In this document: positions 1-13,664 of the stretch, piece after piece | Position numbering within the stretch: position 1 is the stretch's first letter | Layout of the letters: every line of letters starts with the position of its first letter | Assembly: GCF_006345805.1 (NCBI RefSeq) | Contig: NC_043000.1 | Span: forward strand, 47,368,001 to 47,432,000 | DNA from: Octopus sinensis | Lineage: Eukaryota | Direction of reading: 5' to 3' | DNA length: 64,000 bases | Position numbers and translations under genes: made by a program | The notes under the pieces: model-generated | Told to the model about the DNA's origin: nothing | What the model saw: the letters and a program-made list of their open reading frames with translations, nothing else | Database searches by the model: none

Positions 1-635
1 GCCATAGAGAATTAAGGTTTGGAAGAATATCTAACAATATTTAATTCATGACCAGCAGCTAGAACTTTTCTCGCTGGATTGTGTGTTCGTTTCTCTTTTT
101 GCCATCTGTGATTTTATTTTTGATCTTCCATATAAATGAAGATATTTCCTCCGTCTGGCTGCTTTTCTTTCTATAAAACGGGAAGTTACATAGCGGAACA
201 TTTATTTTAACGAGTTGTATCTATTTATTACCTGATGAGATACATCTGTACCGCCGGATACTCCTGAACCAGTTGTTGAGTGTTTCACCCATGAGGAATC
301 GTTGCTAGATGTGTCGAAAATGTTGTGATTAATAATAAATTCTCGTATATTCCATCTTACATGTTTGATTTGCCATATATATATATATAAGGAGATTAAA
401 GGCTGTTTACTCAATCACCACTCCTGTAAAACCGGCTAACACAGTGCAGAGAAATCGATAGTTTTCCTTAAAGCAAACTATTCGATACAAAATAAAATTT
501 ATTTTTCAGGGTGTATAATACAGTAATTTCAGGAATGTATGTGACACCTTTATTGATTCTTTTCACTTTTGTCTGAGAAAATGACATGGAATGGATCAAA
601 TGTGATATGTATAGTGCAATATCAGTTAATAGTCT

Positions 636-849
636 AAGGCGGCAAGCTGGCAGAATCCTTAGCACGCCGGGCGAAATGCTTAGCGGTATTTCGTCTGTCT
701 TTACGTTCTGAGTTCAAATTCCGACGTGGTTAACTTTGCCTTTCATCCTTTAAGGGTCGATAAATTAAGTACTAGTTGCGTACTGGGGTCTACCTAATTG
801 ACTGGCCCCCTCCCCCAAAATTTTGAGCCTTGTGCCTTGAGTAGAAAAC
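636..849 (+). mobile_element. tRNA-derived SINE, family A (near full length), followed by a degenerate partial copy to ~960
   Basis: Head AGGCGGCAAGCTGGCAGAATCCTTAGC, B-box-like GAGTTCAAATTCC, conserved core CTTTGCCTTTCATCCTT..GGGTCGATAAATTAAGTAC. The same sequence recurs more than 10 times in the window. Confidence 0.85.
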
Positions 850-1104
850 AACCGTTAGCAAGTCGGTCAAAGAGCTTAGCGGCATTTCATGTCTTTAATA
901 GTTCTGGGTACAAATTCGTTGGAAGTAGACTACTTTTAATCCTTTCGAGGAATTGCGTCATGATGTTTTTTCTCATAGACGATACCCAGCTGCCCCTACT
1001 ATACTGTGTAGTCGAGAAAATCAAAAGCGAACAATGCGCATTCGCGAAATTATAAATATAACATGATGGTACTTTACCCATCGCACCCTGTATATATGGG
1101 GTAA

Positions 1105-1430
1105 AGGGTAAAGATCCTCTTGGGTCATGAATAACTATGGGATTGCACCTAGAAAGTTTCCTTCCGAGGTTCAAGTCCGGGCAAGGTTGTTTCTGGAAGA
1201 TCAGCAGTCGTCCATACAGTCTCCCCTCTCTATGCCACTGATATTATCCTAGGGAAAGGCAAAGGCTGATACAAATTGACACCAGTGATGTCGCAACTCA
1301 TTTCTACAACTGAGTGAACTGGAGCAACGTGAAATAAAATGTCTTGCTCAAGTACACACAGCTGGGTTCGGAAATCGAACTCACTACCTCATGGTTGTGA
1401 GCCCGACAATTGAACCACTGAGGCATGCGT
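1105..1430 (-). mobile_element. tRNA-derived SINE, family D
   Basis: Reverse complement of the 18968-19292 copy: head GCATGCCTCAGTGGTT, B-box GAGTTCGATTTCCG, body CACGTTGCTCCAGTTCACTCAG. Confidence 0.8.
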
Positions 1431-1680
1431 CTTCTAATTAAAGAATTGTGAAGCATGACTGTCAGCACTACTACATGAACCTGAAGATTGCAGAATTTAA
1501 TGCATGAAAGTACTAGTTCAATCAGAATGAACATCTAACATTCTATTATTTTATTTTATTTTATTTTATTATATTATATTATCTTATATCATTATAAGAT
1601 TGTAAATAAAACGTGAAAATCAGACAAGGTCAGAATTCCTTTTATTAATATATTCTTCTATACACAATCACACACACCCG

Positions 1681-1715
<35 letters not shown>

Positions 1716-3133
1716 GAGATTATTAATACAGGTCGATATTTTGTACGAGTATATGGTATTTCAGAATTTAGTGGTTAGGACTCCTTCTGCAGGAAACTGA
1801 CGGAGAAAAGGTGTTGGTAGCTGATTTGTTAGCTCTGTAGTGTTGTTTTGGGTTGCTATATTATCCAGTCAGCTACACGCGATTCGGATCTATTATTAAT
1901 CCGAAAGGTTTACTTTGTAATTAAAATCAGTTCTTTTATTCCGAAGTTCCCAATGTTGCTTTTTGTAGCTTCAATGGAAACTTCGATATCTTGGGCATTG
2001 CATTTCTGTAATTTTTGACGGAAGAAATAGATAATAGTACTAAGCATCGACTTGCATTATTAATGTGTGTAATTTCTATTTTTATGACTAAAACATATCT
2101 ACTGCATTTAGAAAGCTTTTTAGAAATCGATTAGACTTCTTGAATGTGTAATGGCGACTTTTAAGGCATTTATCAACATTTGTTTTCTTGTTTCTTTTTA
2201 TAACCTCACATAAAAATACTCAAAAAATATGTCGCAGAGCATTCTAAAAGATATATGACATTTTCTGTACCTTGATGTTTGTATGAAGACCTTCGTTTAT
2301 CCTGAAACGTCTACTCTTTCGAAAATTCTTTGATTCTTTGGTCAGTACCAACTTCTTGTTTTTTTTTTTGTTTTTCTTTGTAATTTTTAATAGTTTCGTA
2401 AGTCATCTCAATAATATTTAATGAGGAAGTAATCTCAGTCACATAATTTAGTACATAATTTGGTACACTTACTCTTCGTTTACAAGCGTATTCTTTTGGT
2501 TGACCACGATAAATGAGAAACAATGCTATTGATAGACATTAAATTTAAGATGACTGCAATGAAATTAAAGTTAAGGGTGAAATCGTTGTTCATAGAGACG
2601 AAATTGAAGTTGATCACGTAATTGCGACACAAATGTAAGCATGACTCGGGATAACGAGATTGAATCCGACGATTAACAGATTGAGATTGTCGTTAATGAA
2701 ACTGAGGTTGATAGTGTCGAATTTGAGCGGGAAATCTTGTATATCTGACGTAAAGTCAGTCAGAACATGTCAATACATAAGTATCTCTGCCACCAGAGAA
2801 AGTTATTGATGCATTCGTTCAATCAGTAGCAATAAGTTCACATTTTCACGACTAAAACATTCTTCAACATATCATATCTAACTTCTCCCCCAAGGCTGAC
2901 CTTGGACTATACAATAACTTTAGGAAACAATACAGTAATTCGACCCGTTTGAAATAATAGCTAAATGCCCCTCAAATCTCACACTACCTTCTTTCATCTA
3001 AAATGTTATGGCAATCGTTTTTCTCTGTTGGCCAGAATCATTTAGTACTGACATGTCTTAACTGACCTTGCATAATAAATACTTTGAGCTTTTCTAACGG
3101 CACTGAGTAGTCTTTTTTCCGTTCATTATTCCT

Positions 3134-3135
<2 letters not shown>

Positions 3136-3172
<37 letters not shown>

Positions 3173-3290
3173 GTGTGTATATACATATATATGACTATAT
3201 ATATATTTATGTATTTATATACATGTATATCTATGTGTATATATATATATATAGAGAGAGAGGGGGAGCGAGAGAGAGGGAGAGAGAGAT
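3136..3290. repeat. (TA)n/(GA)n compound microsatellite
   Basis: Directly visible. Confidence 0.95.
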
Positions 3291-3500
3291 ACAAGTACAG
3301 GTACATCACAAATACATACACATGTACGCATGCACATACATACCCACACTCAAACATGTATGCGCATGTATGTGCTAACGGTATTGAATATTCTTTCTTC
3401 CATTTATTGTCCCTGGCGTATATGAATGAGCACGTTGTGTGTCTGTCTGCGACAAGACCAACGCATTATAACCATTAAAGAAACAAATTGCAACATTCGG

Positions 3501-3501
3501 T

Positions 3502-3553
<52 letters not shown>

Positions 3554-3692
3554 GCTACTACTACTACTACTACTAGTACTTCTTCTTCTGCTGCTGCTAC
3601 TACTACTACTAATGCTATTATTATAATTATTATCATTATTATTATCATTATTAATATTAATATTATTATTATTATTATTATTATTATCATTC
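3501..3692. repeat. (TAC)n/(TAT)n compound microsatellite, the latter at the 3' end of the adjacent LINE
   Basis: Directly visible. Confidence 0.95.
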
Positions 3693-4297
3693 AGTAGTTT
3701 TATTTTTATAGCGTGCTTTCACTTCACTACCGAGCACAGCTCTGTGTGCCTTGGGTATGTGCTGTGATTTGTTGTGATGCTCTGATGGTTATTGTATGGA
3801 AAGTGTTCTGCGTAGGATGTGTGCAGTGCCTAGTAGTGCAATTTTCTGTATGTTATATGTGTTTGTAAGTCCTGGTGTTTTTGTTATGTATTTGTCTGAA
3901 TATTTTTTATCATGCCTAATGCACCTACTATGATAGGAATTGTTTCTGTTTTTAGATTCCTCATTCTGGTTACCTCTATTTCCAGGTCTTTGTATTTTGA
4001 AAGTTTCTCCATTTCTTTTAGAAACACTTTGTCATCTGCCGGTATTGATACATCAATTAGAAAGCATTTTTTTCTTCATGATCTCTGACAACTATGTCTG
4101 GTCTGTTGGCCTTAATTTCTCTATCTGTGTGTATCGGCATATCCCAGAGTATGGTTGCTTTCTCGTTTTCTGTGACCTTTTCTGGTGTGTGCCTATACCA
4201 TCTTTTTTTCTGTTGTTATTCCATAATGTTGGCATAGCTTCCAGTGTATGTAGGTTCCAACTCTGTCATATCTGTGAATATATTCCTTCTTAGCCAT
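3690..4297 (-). mobile_element. 5'-truncated RLE-type non-LTR retrotransposon (R4/Dong-like), frameshifted C-terminal endonuclease plus 3' UTR
   Basis: Minus strand reads, across frameshifts, YIHRYDRVGTYIHWKLCQHYG..WYRHTPEKV..ILWDMPIHTDREIKANRPDIVVRDHEEKKCFLIDVSIP..KYKDL..IPIIVGALG, i.e. the PD..D restriction-like endonuclease. Flanked by (TAA)-type repeats on both sides. Confidence 0.88.
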
Positions 4298-4348
4298 ACT
4301 ATTACTATTATTATTATTATTATTACTATTACTATTATTATTATTATT

Positions 4349-4885
4349 GAGTGAGAGAGCAGCACGTGCCATCAAAGTCACACTGAACTACAAATATACG
4401 AAGCCCAATATATCCATCATGACTACCCGTCTGATAAAAGTACACCAGACACATGTAACGCAACCATATGTGCACGACATGGTGATCTCATGTCAAGATC
4501 AACAGGGCATGACTTTGCATGTGGGTCCCCGTTAGATCTTTTTTTTTTTTTTAGTAGCCCACCTCACTCAAAATGTCCTTGAATAACGGTTACTTAAGGA
4601 TGTTAAACGAAAAACTCATGGTTCCAGAGGCGAATTATCTAAATCCCAAAAGAAGTACTCTCGGCACATGGCTATGATGCTTCCCCCAATACTTCTCCTC
4701 GTGATCAGAGATGTACATATATAGTGAGCCACTAAAGGGCATGCTCAATTGGTTAAGATCAAACAACTGACATGTAATCTGTGGTATTGAACAGAATATT
4801 TGCTGTAGCTCATCTTTTACACAAAGACAAAACAGTGTACATGATAAAACTTCTAATCAGTTAAATGAGAAGCCATGAGGACCAG
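4349..4885 (-). mobile_element. ~530-bp non-coding interspersed repeat with (AAT)n tail, copy 1
   Basis: Reverse complement of 44811-45347 along its whole length; ends CTCTCTCACTC(AAT)n. Confidence 0.8.
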
Positions 4886-4992
4886 TGTCTATATAGTAAA
4901 GGTGCCTTATTTCATCGACTTGGGTAGAGGTAAGTTACTTAATTCCTCCCTTGAAATTGCTCCAGTTGTACCAAAATTTAAAATCAATAATA

Positions 4993-5420
4993 TGGTGAAC
5001 TGGCCGAATTGTTCGCACGCCGGACTAAACACTTTGCGTCATTTCGTCTGTTTTTTGCGTTCTGTATTCAAATTCCGCCGAGATCTATTTTGCTTTTCAT
5101 CCTTCGGGGTCAATGAAATAAATACCAGTAAATGTAATCGATTTCACCCTCCTGTTAAAGACTGCTGGCTTTGCACCAAAATTTGAAACCATTATTATTA
5201 GTAGTAGTAAGGCGGCAAACTGGCAGAGTCATCAGCGAAGCTGGACGAAAAGCTTAGCGGTATTTCACCTGTCGCTATGTTCTGAGTTCCAATTCTGACA
5301 TAGTCGACTTTGCTTTTCCTCCTTTCGGGATCGATTAAATAAGAACCAGTTGGACACTGGAGTCGATGTAATCGACTTACTCTCGCCCCTGAAATTGCAG
5401 GCCTTGTGTCAAAATTTAAG
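4993..5420 (+). mobile_element. Two adjacent family A SINE copies (about 4993-5195 and 5209-5420)
   Basis: Both carry the head, the TTCAAATTCC/GAGTTCCAATTCT box and the core; followed by (TTA)/(TTG)/(TAG) microsatellite. Confidence 0.75.
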
Positions 5421-5486
5421 TTTATTATTATTATCATTATTATTATTATTATTGTTGTTGTTGTTGTTGTTGTGTTGTTGTTGTTG

Positions 5487-5521
<35 letters not shown>

Positions 5522-6117
5522 GTTGTTGTTGTTGTTGTTCTTTATATTAGCAGCAGCAGTAGTAGTAGTAGTAGTTGTAGTAGTACTAGTAGTAGTTTGT
5601 TAGGTGTCAACGTGTTTTCTCATATAACTACAACCTGATTTGACACGCTAATGGAATTTTTTATATCTTCCCATCGTTATGAATATACAAAAAGACGAGG
5701 TGAGAGAATTTTGACTGTTTTATTTTTTCCGTTTGATAGGTGTAGGAAAACTGTTTATAGTAAATTTGATTATTTGGCCTACTGTCTTCTGTGTTTCTCT
5801 GTTTATTGTTAACATGGTGTCTTGCTTAGTTGTGGTGAGAGGTAGAGGAGTCTCCCAGTATAGTGGTAGTATGCCCATTGAGCGCCAACACCACCACCGC
5901 CGCCGCCGCCGCACTCTAGGCAAATAACTTTGGCAAAACAAAGATGCTTTGAACGATAAAAGCAAGAGAAGCAGATAAAGAAACTAACAATAACATGAGC
6001 AGTTATAGCATGAAGATTGTCACTTTAGAATTAATATCACAAGCATTTGCGTCTGAACAAACAGCCGGCGACAATAACGACAGTAATAACCATATCAATA
6101 TTAAGAGCGACATTGTG

Positions 6118-6665
6118 AAGGAGCGTGGCTTAGTGGTTAGGTGTGTTGCACTCACGATATCATGATCGTGGTTTCGATTCCAAGACCAGTTGCACGTCTT
6201 GTTCTTGAGCCCAAACATTTCATTTCACATTACTCAAGACTACTCAGAAGCGGCGAGCTGTCAGAAACGCTAGCACGCCGGGTGAAATGCGTAGCCGTAT
6301 TTCGTCTGCAGTCACGTTCTGTGTTCAAATTCCGCCGAGGTCGACTTTGCCTTTCATCCTTTCGGGGTCGATTAAATAAGTACCAGTTACGCACTGAGGT
6401 CGGTATAATCGACTTAATCCGTTTGTCTGTCCTTGTTTGTACTCTCTGTGTTTAGCCTCTTGTGTGGAGTAAAGAAATAGGTATTTCGTCTTTCTTTACG
6501 TTCTAAGTTCAAATTCTGCCCAGGTCCACTTCACATTTTATCCTTTCAGCGTTAATAAGATAAGCACCACTTGATCACTGGTGTCGATGTTGAGTACATG
6601 TTGAGTACAGGGATCGATTTACCCCCTCTCCGTAATTTGCTGCCTTGTGATGAAATTTGAAATCA
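6118..6665 (+). mobile_element. SINE cluster: partial family D-like head (6118-6235), then composite family A SINE (6248-6665) with internal junction at 6480/6481
   Basis: GAGCGTGGCTTAGTGGTTAG..GTTTCGATTCC head; family A body ending TAAAGAAATAG joined to a second body starting GTATTTCGTC. Confidence 0.82.
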
Positions 6666-7764
6666 ATATTAAGAGTAGCAACAACAACAATAAAAGTAAT
6701 ATGAAAACAATAATGAGGATGAACCTTAAACAACAAATTCTTATTTCACCGAATTCGTCAGTGACTTCTAGATTTTGGACTTTTCTTTCCAATCGTAAGG
6801 GTAAAATGTTTGCCTACTTACGTCACCAAACACTGAGATATTTCACTTCAGGAATTCGTAAATTAAAGAAAAGGGACAATGGGAACGGGAACGTATTTTG
6901 AAAATGTCCTAGCTGATGTGTGTCTGAAAGTCTGCGAAGGTGGACGTGACTAGTCATATGAGTTCATAGAACTAGTTCTAAAGACAGTGAAAGAAGTGAA
7001 GTAGCTATTATATGCTATTCAGTGACCCACAGGCGCATGTAACAATTTAAGGGACTCCGTAATACGATGGTCATGGTTAGGAACATGTTCTGTGGGATAT
7101 ACCAATAGCTAGTCATTTGCTTTTCGAAATTCTATGGCTAGATAATAATTGCCCCAGTAGACGGCTGGAGAGTTTGGTTGGAGGTTAATTTGGACCTCAA
7201 AATATTACCTCACCACATAGACAGCAGTGTCATTTCGATGCGTACTTCGTTTAGGGTCCACCCCATAATTTAAACAGAAGAAAGTCTAAATGTTATATAT
7301 CCAGTAGCATAAACCCTTTCGTGCTTTATGTCCAAATTGAGTAAAAGAAAAGAAGCAGCTTGTAGAGAGGATGGACAAAGCAAACTCTGATACTAATAGC
7401 ATTATCAGTACCGGTCACAAACATTATCAACACAAAGTATTATATGAATCCACTCTATCTTCGCCAACAGAGAACGTCGAAGTGAGGTATAAAGAAAACG
7501 AAGGCTTCACTCCAGTTGTAGCAGAAAATTTGCCAAAGAATCCAGATAGTAAGTTCAAGCTGTCTTATTGGAAAGATGAAAAGAAAATAGGTAACATGGG
7601 TTGAAGGAAATTGTGAACCATTTCGGAAAAATAAAAATACGAAGAAAAGCGAAAAGAATGAGCTTAGAATAACGACAAACTGAATATAGAAATTTAAGCA
7701 CTGGGTCAATATAATCAGCTAACCACCTCACCACTAAATTTCAATCCTAGTGTCACAATTAGAT

Positions 7765-8190
7765 ACAAAGGCGTCAAGTAGAAAGAATAGTCACATAGTT
7801 GGTAAAACTGCTGTGTGGTATTTGTGTCAACTCTTCGCATTCTGAGTATAAATCTCACCGAGATCGACTTCGCCATTTAACTTTCGGGGTAGAAGTCGAC
7901 TTGCATCCTTTCGGGGTCGATAAATTACGTACCAGTTAAGCACTGGGGTTGATGTAATCGACTTAATCCCTTTGTCTGCCCTTGTTTGTCCCCTCTGTGT
8001 GTAGCCCCTTGTGGGCAGTAAAGAAATAGGTATTTCTTCTGCGTTTATGCCCTAAGTTCAAATTCCGCCAAGTTTGGCTTTACCTTTCATATTATCGGTG
8101 TCGATAAAATAAGTAGCAGTTTAGTGCAGGGGTCAATATTATCGCCACAATCTCGACGCAGACCTTCCGGGCTTGTGCCAAAATTATTAT
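7765..8190 (+). mobile_element. Composite family A SINE with junction at 8029/8030
   Basis: Old head, young core with tail CCCCTTGTGGGCAGTAAAGAAATAG, then GTATTTC and an older body. Confidence 0.78.
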
Positions 8191-8639
8191 TAACATTGTG
8201 TGCAGCCCTGTGTGGCTAATAAAGAAACATATTAACATTAGCATTGCCACATTATGGGAGAGTATGGGCTTCAGTAAAAATATTTTATTATTGTTTAAAC
8301 TTGAAAACGATGTCAGTAGTTAGTGTCTTCCAGATTTGCTTTTACTCACCCTGTAAGCCTTTCAGCCGATTATTTAGTTACGCTGATGGAGCAATCATTA
8401 CCTCTTATTTATTTGAGCCTCCAAGATTCGTGGCGGGAAAGGGTTAAGTTCCACTCAAACGGAAATCCTTTGCCAAATGCTTGTGACAGGCCGAATTTCC
8501 CGACTCAGACACCAGGTTCAGGTGACAGTATTAAACTGAGCCTGAGTTAAGACTCGCTGGATAAGAAAACAAAAACGTTTTGCTTTGCAGCATTATGAAG
8601 AAGACACTATGTTTGAAACGTCTGAATGAAATATTAATA

Positions 8640-8800
8640 CGCAAGAGTGGCTGTGTGGTAAGTAGCTTGCTTACCAACCACATGGTTCCGAGTTCAGTCC
8701 CACTGCGTGGCAGCTTGGGCAAGTGTCTTCTGCTATAGCCTCGGATTAAGCAAAGCCTTGTGAGTGGATTTGGTAGACGGAAACTGAAAGAATCTCGTCG

Positions 8801-8836
<36 letters not shown>

Positions 8837-9050
8837 GTGTGTGTGTGTGTGTTTCTGTTTCTGTGTTTGTACCCCCAACATCGCTTGACAACCGATGTTG
8901 GTGTATTTACGAACTTAGCGGTTCAGCAAAAGAGACCGATAGAATAAGCACTAGGCTTGGCTTACAAAGAATAAGTCCTGGAGTCGATTTGCTCGACTAA
9001 AGGCGGTGCTCCAGCATGGCCGCAGTCAAATGACTGAAACAAGTCAAAGA
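8640..9050 (+). mobile_element. tRNA-derived SINE, family B (CORE-like segment, internal TA/TG microsatellite)
   Basis: Head GAGTGGCTGTGTGGTAAG, B-box GAGTTCAGTCCC, CTTGGGCAAGT segment, tail CAAATGACTGAAACAAGT. Other copies at 22182, 23845, 25385, 30497 and 60540. Confidence 0.85.
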
Positions 9051-9769
9051 GTGATGTAAATTAACTCCTACAAATAACATCCCACCGACTTTTAAAAAAA
9101 TGCGTGGAATATAATGTAGACCTAATTATTTCTCAACAATATCACGTCATAAATAATTTGGTTGCAAGTTCACATAAGCCGTGTTGATATGGGGTTCAGA
9201 AAGACCACCAACACCAACAATAGAAACAACAACAACTACGATATTATAAACAATTAATTTTGCATTTTGTATTAAAAATGAGACTCTCTTAAAACTGTGT
9301 TAATAATGATTCACCGTGTGATCATCAACCGGCTACGAAATAGCAATCAATTTTCTTCTTCAAATTAACTTATTGTCTCAAAACAAGAAATAAAAACAGT
9401 TTTAGATACATCATATCTTAATATAATACTGTATGGGTACAGTTAGAGTACCTTAGGCTGCAGATAGGTTTGTATAGTTATAAATGACGTGGATCAAGAG
9501 AATCAACACAAATTTCTCTTGGCCATATTGAAAATCGTATTCAAAGTTTTCCCTTTTCACCAGCTTTGAATAGTTTGTAGATGATGTGACTGTTGTTCAT
9601 AGCTGTTCCAGTAACTACAGAGAGGGTTTCTTTGCCGCTTTTAGTATTTGTGTAATGTTGTTTATATAGCAACGAATAAGAATGTACACATGCACAAAAT
9701 AAGAAGGGAGATCTATGGGTTAGCAAGCATTAGGTATTTACTTTCGTTCATTTCTTAGAGAATTCATTT

Positions 9770-10020
9770 GCTTTAGTAATTATAAGAATTTTGTTTTGGT
9801 GTGGGGAGAAACAGATATAGAAATTACATAGATATGGTTAGTGGGTTTAGCGACATCAGATGAACAGAGATTCTTCTAGAGACAACATGATAAATGTATG
9901 CGTGGGTTGTTGTTGGTTTGCTGTTCGAAGATTTCGCTTCGAAATTATGGATTTTTGGGTGAGACTACACTGATATCGCTGACAAAATTCCTTTCCATGG
10001 TTTTATTTTGAGAAATAGGA
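9770..10020 (-). mobile_element. Highly decayed Penelope-like GIY-YIG C-terminal remnant
   Basis: Minus-strand fragments LEESLFI and SPHQNKI resemble the CxLCLEEKxxI..CxHxNK end of Penelope-like ORFs; many stops and frameshifts. Confidence 0.35.
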
Positions 10021-11246
10021 TCCAACTTACTCTGTCTTCCCCAGACAGCTGTGTGTTATGCCTGAGGGTTATTTAACTGTTAATCCCAGTTGTTCAAGCA
10101 AATGCGTTGAGTGAAATTGGACAGACGGTAACTTTGAACCCGTCAAATAGATTTTCTCTGTATATTCAAGAGGCCAGTCTTATCACACGCAGATTCTGCT
10201 TCAAGATTACACTAAAGGTGTAACTATATCAGAAAATTCTATGCCACATACACAATAATTCAACAAGTATGTAGATCATTTGGTGGATCAGCGGGATACG
10301 ATCTGTGTGTATGAATGTACATACGTATATGCATGTTTGCAATACATACAAGCATATATACATATATGCATACGTGTATGCGCGTAACGCTGTATGTGTA
10401 CATGCATATAATACATGTGTGTGTCTAATACATGCGCACACATACAGATATACATGTATATATATGTATATGTATGCATGATTGTAGACAATACTCCGTG
10501 GTAAATGCTCATATGCACACATTCACACAACAAAACACACACACACAAACAAACTTACTTTTCTATACCACTTTATCGTCCGATCTGCCTCTAACTCAAT
10601 AACTTTATATAGCATGATGATAAAAACCAAGTTGAATAATATTGAATAAGAATTTATTACTGACTTACATTTAATCATACAAGTCATATTCATAAAAATT
10701 ATAATCCTCAAAGGTAAGCACAGGTAATAAATCCATACTATAAATAGTCACAAAACCAGCTGAAGTTTCAGTAGGCAGATGAGCTCATTTCACAGCATAG
10801 GCTACGGATTCTGTGGTAGAGCGCTCGCTAAAGTAGCACCCACACTTCTATGTAGACATACAAAATTTTTATACTGAAAAATAGAGGAGCTTCTCTCTCG
10901 TGCGCGCGTTTACTTATCAGACTGACACATCTCGAATATCTCTGTCCGATTACACTGTTTTATTTGTAAAACACCAAACTGCACGCACTCACTCTATCCA
11001 CTTTAGTTTTATATTCACCGGGCTGTCTTTCAAATAGCAAACACTGCTTTACACAGAGGCCCCTACAAAGGCCCCGCTGGCACAGGAATGCCAACATTGG
11101 GGAGCACTAGTAGACTTGTTCGGTTCTACACATAGTGATGACTCTGGCACCACTAACCTGTGATGATCCCAACCCCTCAAGCAAGAGTATGGAGCAGCAA
11201 CAGCAGCAGCTTTACACTTACCTTTCTTTTCATTTATGTATTTTGT

Positions 11247-11282
11247 GTTCCTGATGAAGTACCACTAGCCGAAACGTTAAAT
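11247..11282 (+). ncRNA. Degenerate minimal hammerhead ribozyme motif (Penelope-like terminus)
   Basis: CTGATGA-A-GTACCACTAGCC-GAAAC-GTT core is intact; stems I and II are weak. Confidence 0.45.
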
Positions 11283-13430
11283 ACTCACCTGTTTCTTCCT
11301 CAGAACATAATTATATACTTCGTAAACTTTGGTTGTGCGGATCTTTTGTTTCTTTACGTTTTACTTGATATGCAAGCAGGCATGCGCACTCACACACAAA
11401 TCGTAATCAATGGTGGATCTAGTGAAGACAAAACTTCGATTAAATTATATACTACTCTAGGCATGAAATACCTTTCCTCGTATTTATATAATGAATGAGA
11501 TAGTGCACTAACAGGCATTGTTTCATTCATTGCATTACTGCATAAAGGAGTGCGTTCGTGAGTGTACATGTACGTGCGTCTGTGTTTGCATTTATATATA
11601 GGCGTGTATATGCATGAACTTACATAAAAAGACAAATGCTTCTTATATATATAAATATATATATAAACATGTTTGTATATAAGTTTACGCACATAAACGT
11701 CTATACATAAAAACAAACAAACACACGCACATGTGAACTCACTAACGTACTCATTTACATACATGTATATGTATATATTCAATTACAGGTCGGTTTAATC
11801 AAGGCTTACCTGGGGCTAAACAACAACATCAGTAATGATAACAGCGAACACTTATTTCATTGTTCCCAGATGAACAGATATTTAGAATATACCTCACCGA
11901 GATACTGGCTTCGAACACCGATAACTTAAACTAATCAGTGAGTGCAGACGTCTCAGAACATACTCACTGCTCTTGTTTTAGTCGAGCATGGTAACATTTC
12001 AAATTAAAATTTCACTCCCATTATATCCTCAAGGTTTCATTTTCTCTTTGAAAGTATCATTAACCAGAATACATACATATTCATTTTAATATGTTTAGTA
12101 CTACAGCGACAGTAAAAGTAGACTATAATTTCACCTCGTCAATTTTTATGGAAGTTATAAAAGTTTTAGAAATATTTATGAAAGTTATATATAAGTTTTC
12201 AAAAATATATATGACTTAATATAAATGAACTGTTCTGGTATTTACTAGATCACCAAAAGAAGAAAAAAAAATTCATTGTGCTAGTAATACATGCAAAAAT
12301 GGGGGATTTACAGGTGTAATCCACCAAAATACGAGAATGTACTCATCTCAATATCTCCTTTGAAATGTTTAGATATATTCCTGGGAGAAATAAATTTGAT
12401 GGAAATTCATCTGAAATACATTTTACTGTAAAGTAAAAGAAAATAGAAAAAATCGCTACTTAATTTGATTTAGTGAAATCGTAAAAAAGTTGAACAGTCT
12501 TAAGGGGCATAGTGGCAATATTAATAATAATTTTCTAAATTCTCGTTGTTTCTTGTAAAGTTTGTTACTTTTATAATATTTAGATTGAAGTTGGAAAACA
12601 AAAGTATTTTTATCTTATTCGTAGAAGCTAGTTATTGTGAAGAAAACATCTTCAATCATTAGGTGAAGTTATAAGTCTGGCTAGCTTACAGCGATATCTT
12701 GTGATGAATGCTGTTTTTCTTCTTTAATCCCCCAAATTAAGCTACATCTAATACTTATATGTATGATCAAGTTGTTAAAACTGATCTATAAACATCTATA
12801 TATATATAGACATATACACACATAAACACAGCCATACATACATACATACATACATACTATAGCTTTGATAGTAAAATTGACTCATGGGTGATAGATTTAT
12901 TTCATCATGTGATTTAACACCAAGACAAAGATTTTGGTTACTTCAGCGAATATATTTCTGTTCCATCGATTCGGACCACATTCCTGTGTGAGAATTAAAC
13001 CTGCTCCAGTTCTATCAAAGGATCCTAGAAGAGGTCGTTTATCCACCTATAAAGAAAATCAAATTTTGATAATAGAATCCTTCTTATTCTTCTCAGAGAA
13101 AAATCATATAATATAGTGCGCCCTATCTTACCTGGAAGAAAAGCGATTCCAATTTAATTTCGTGGTTGAGTGATTACTGTGAAGATAAACGAAGAACACG
13201 TAAGTTCTGGTTATGTACAGTTTTCATTAGAGTTAAATATTTTGACTCAGTTTCAAAACATGTACTGTAGGATATATATATATAGAGAGAGAGAGAGGGG
13301 GGGGGAGAGAAAGAGAGAGAGAGTAGGCACACAGGCAACGAAGGAGAGAGAAAGCAAGAGTGAGAGAGAGAGAGAGAGACATGTGTGAAAATATGAATGC
13401 GTGTTGCCTGTGGGCTTGTATGTATGTATG

Positions 13431-13477
<47 letters not shown>

Positions 13478-13664
13478 TAAAATATATTGGGTAGCGAGTT
13501 TTCACTACCAGTGGCCTAGCATGTGTAAAACGTCAATAGACAACATATTCTGCATATAAAATTAACGTACATTTAAACAAAAGAGAGGCGATCTTTAACA
13601 AGCAACCTTACATGCTAACTCCCAGTCTCTTTATTTCGAGCTAACTAATGAAGACATTACCGTG

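Noticed and set aside
1713-2760. Coding-like composition suggesting a decayed retroelement
   Set aside because: No diagnostic motif recovered, so it could not be assigned.
5720-5965. GC-rich patch with (CCG)n and a short minus-strand ORF after a possible TAG acceptor
   Set aside because: No recognisable product in any frame; insufficient support for an exon.
9460-9482. AGGTTTGTATAGTT, similar to the 3' part of let-7; also seed-like matches near 8525 and 27192
   Set aside because: No full mature miRNA match and no precursor hairpin.
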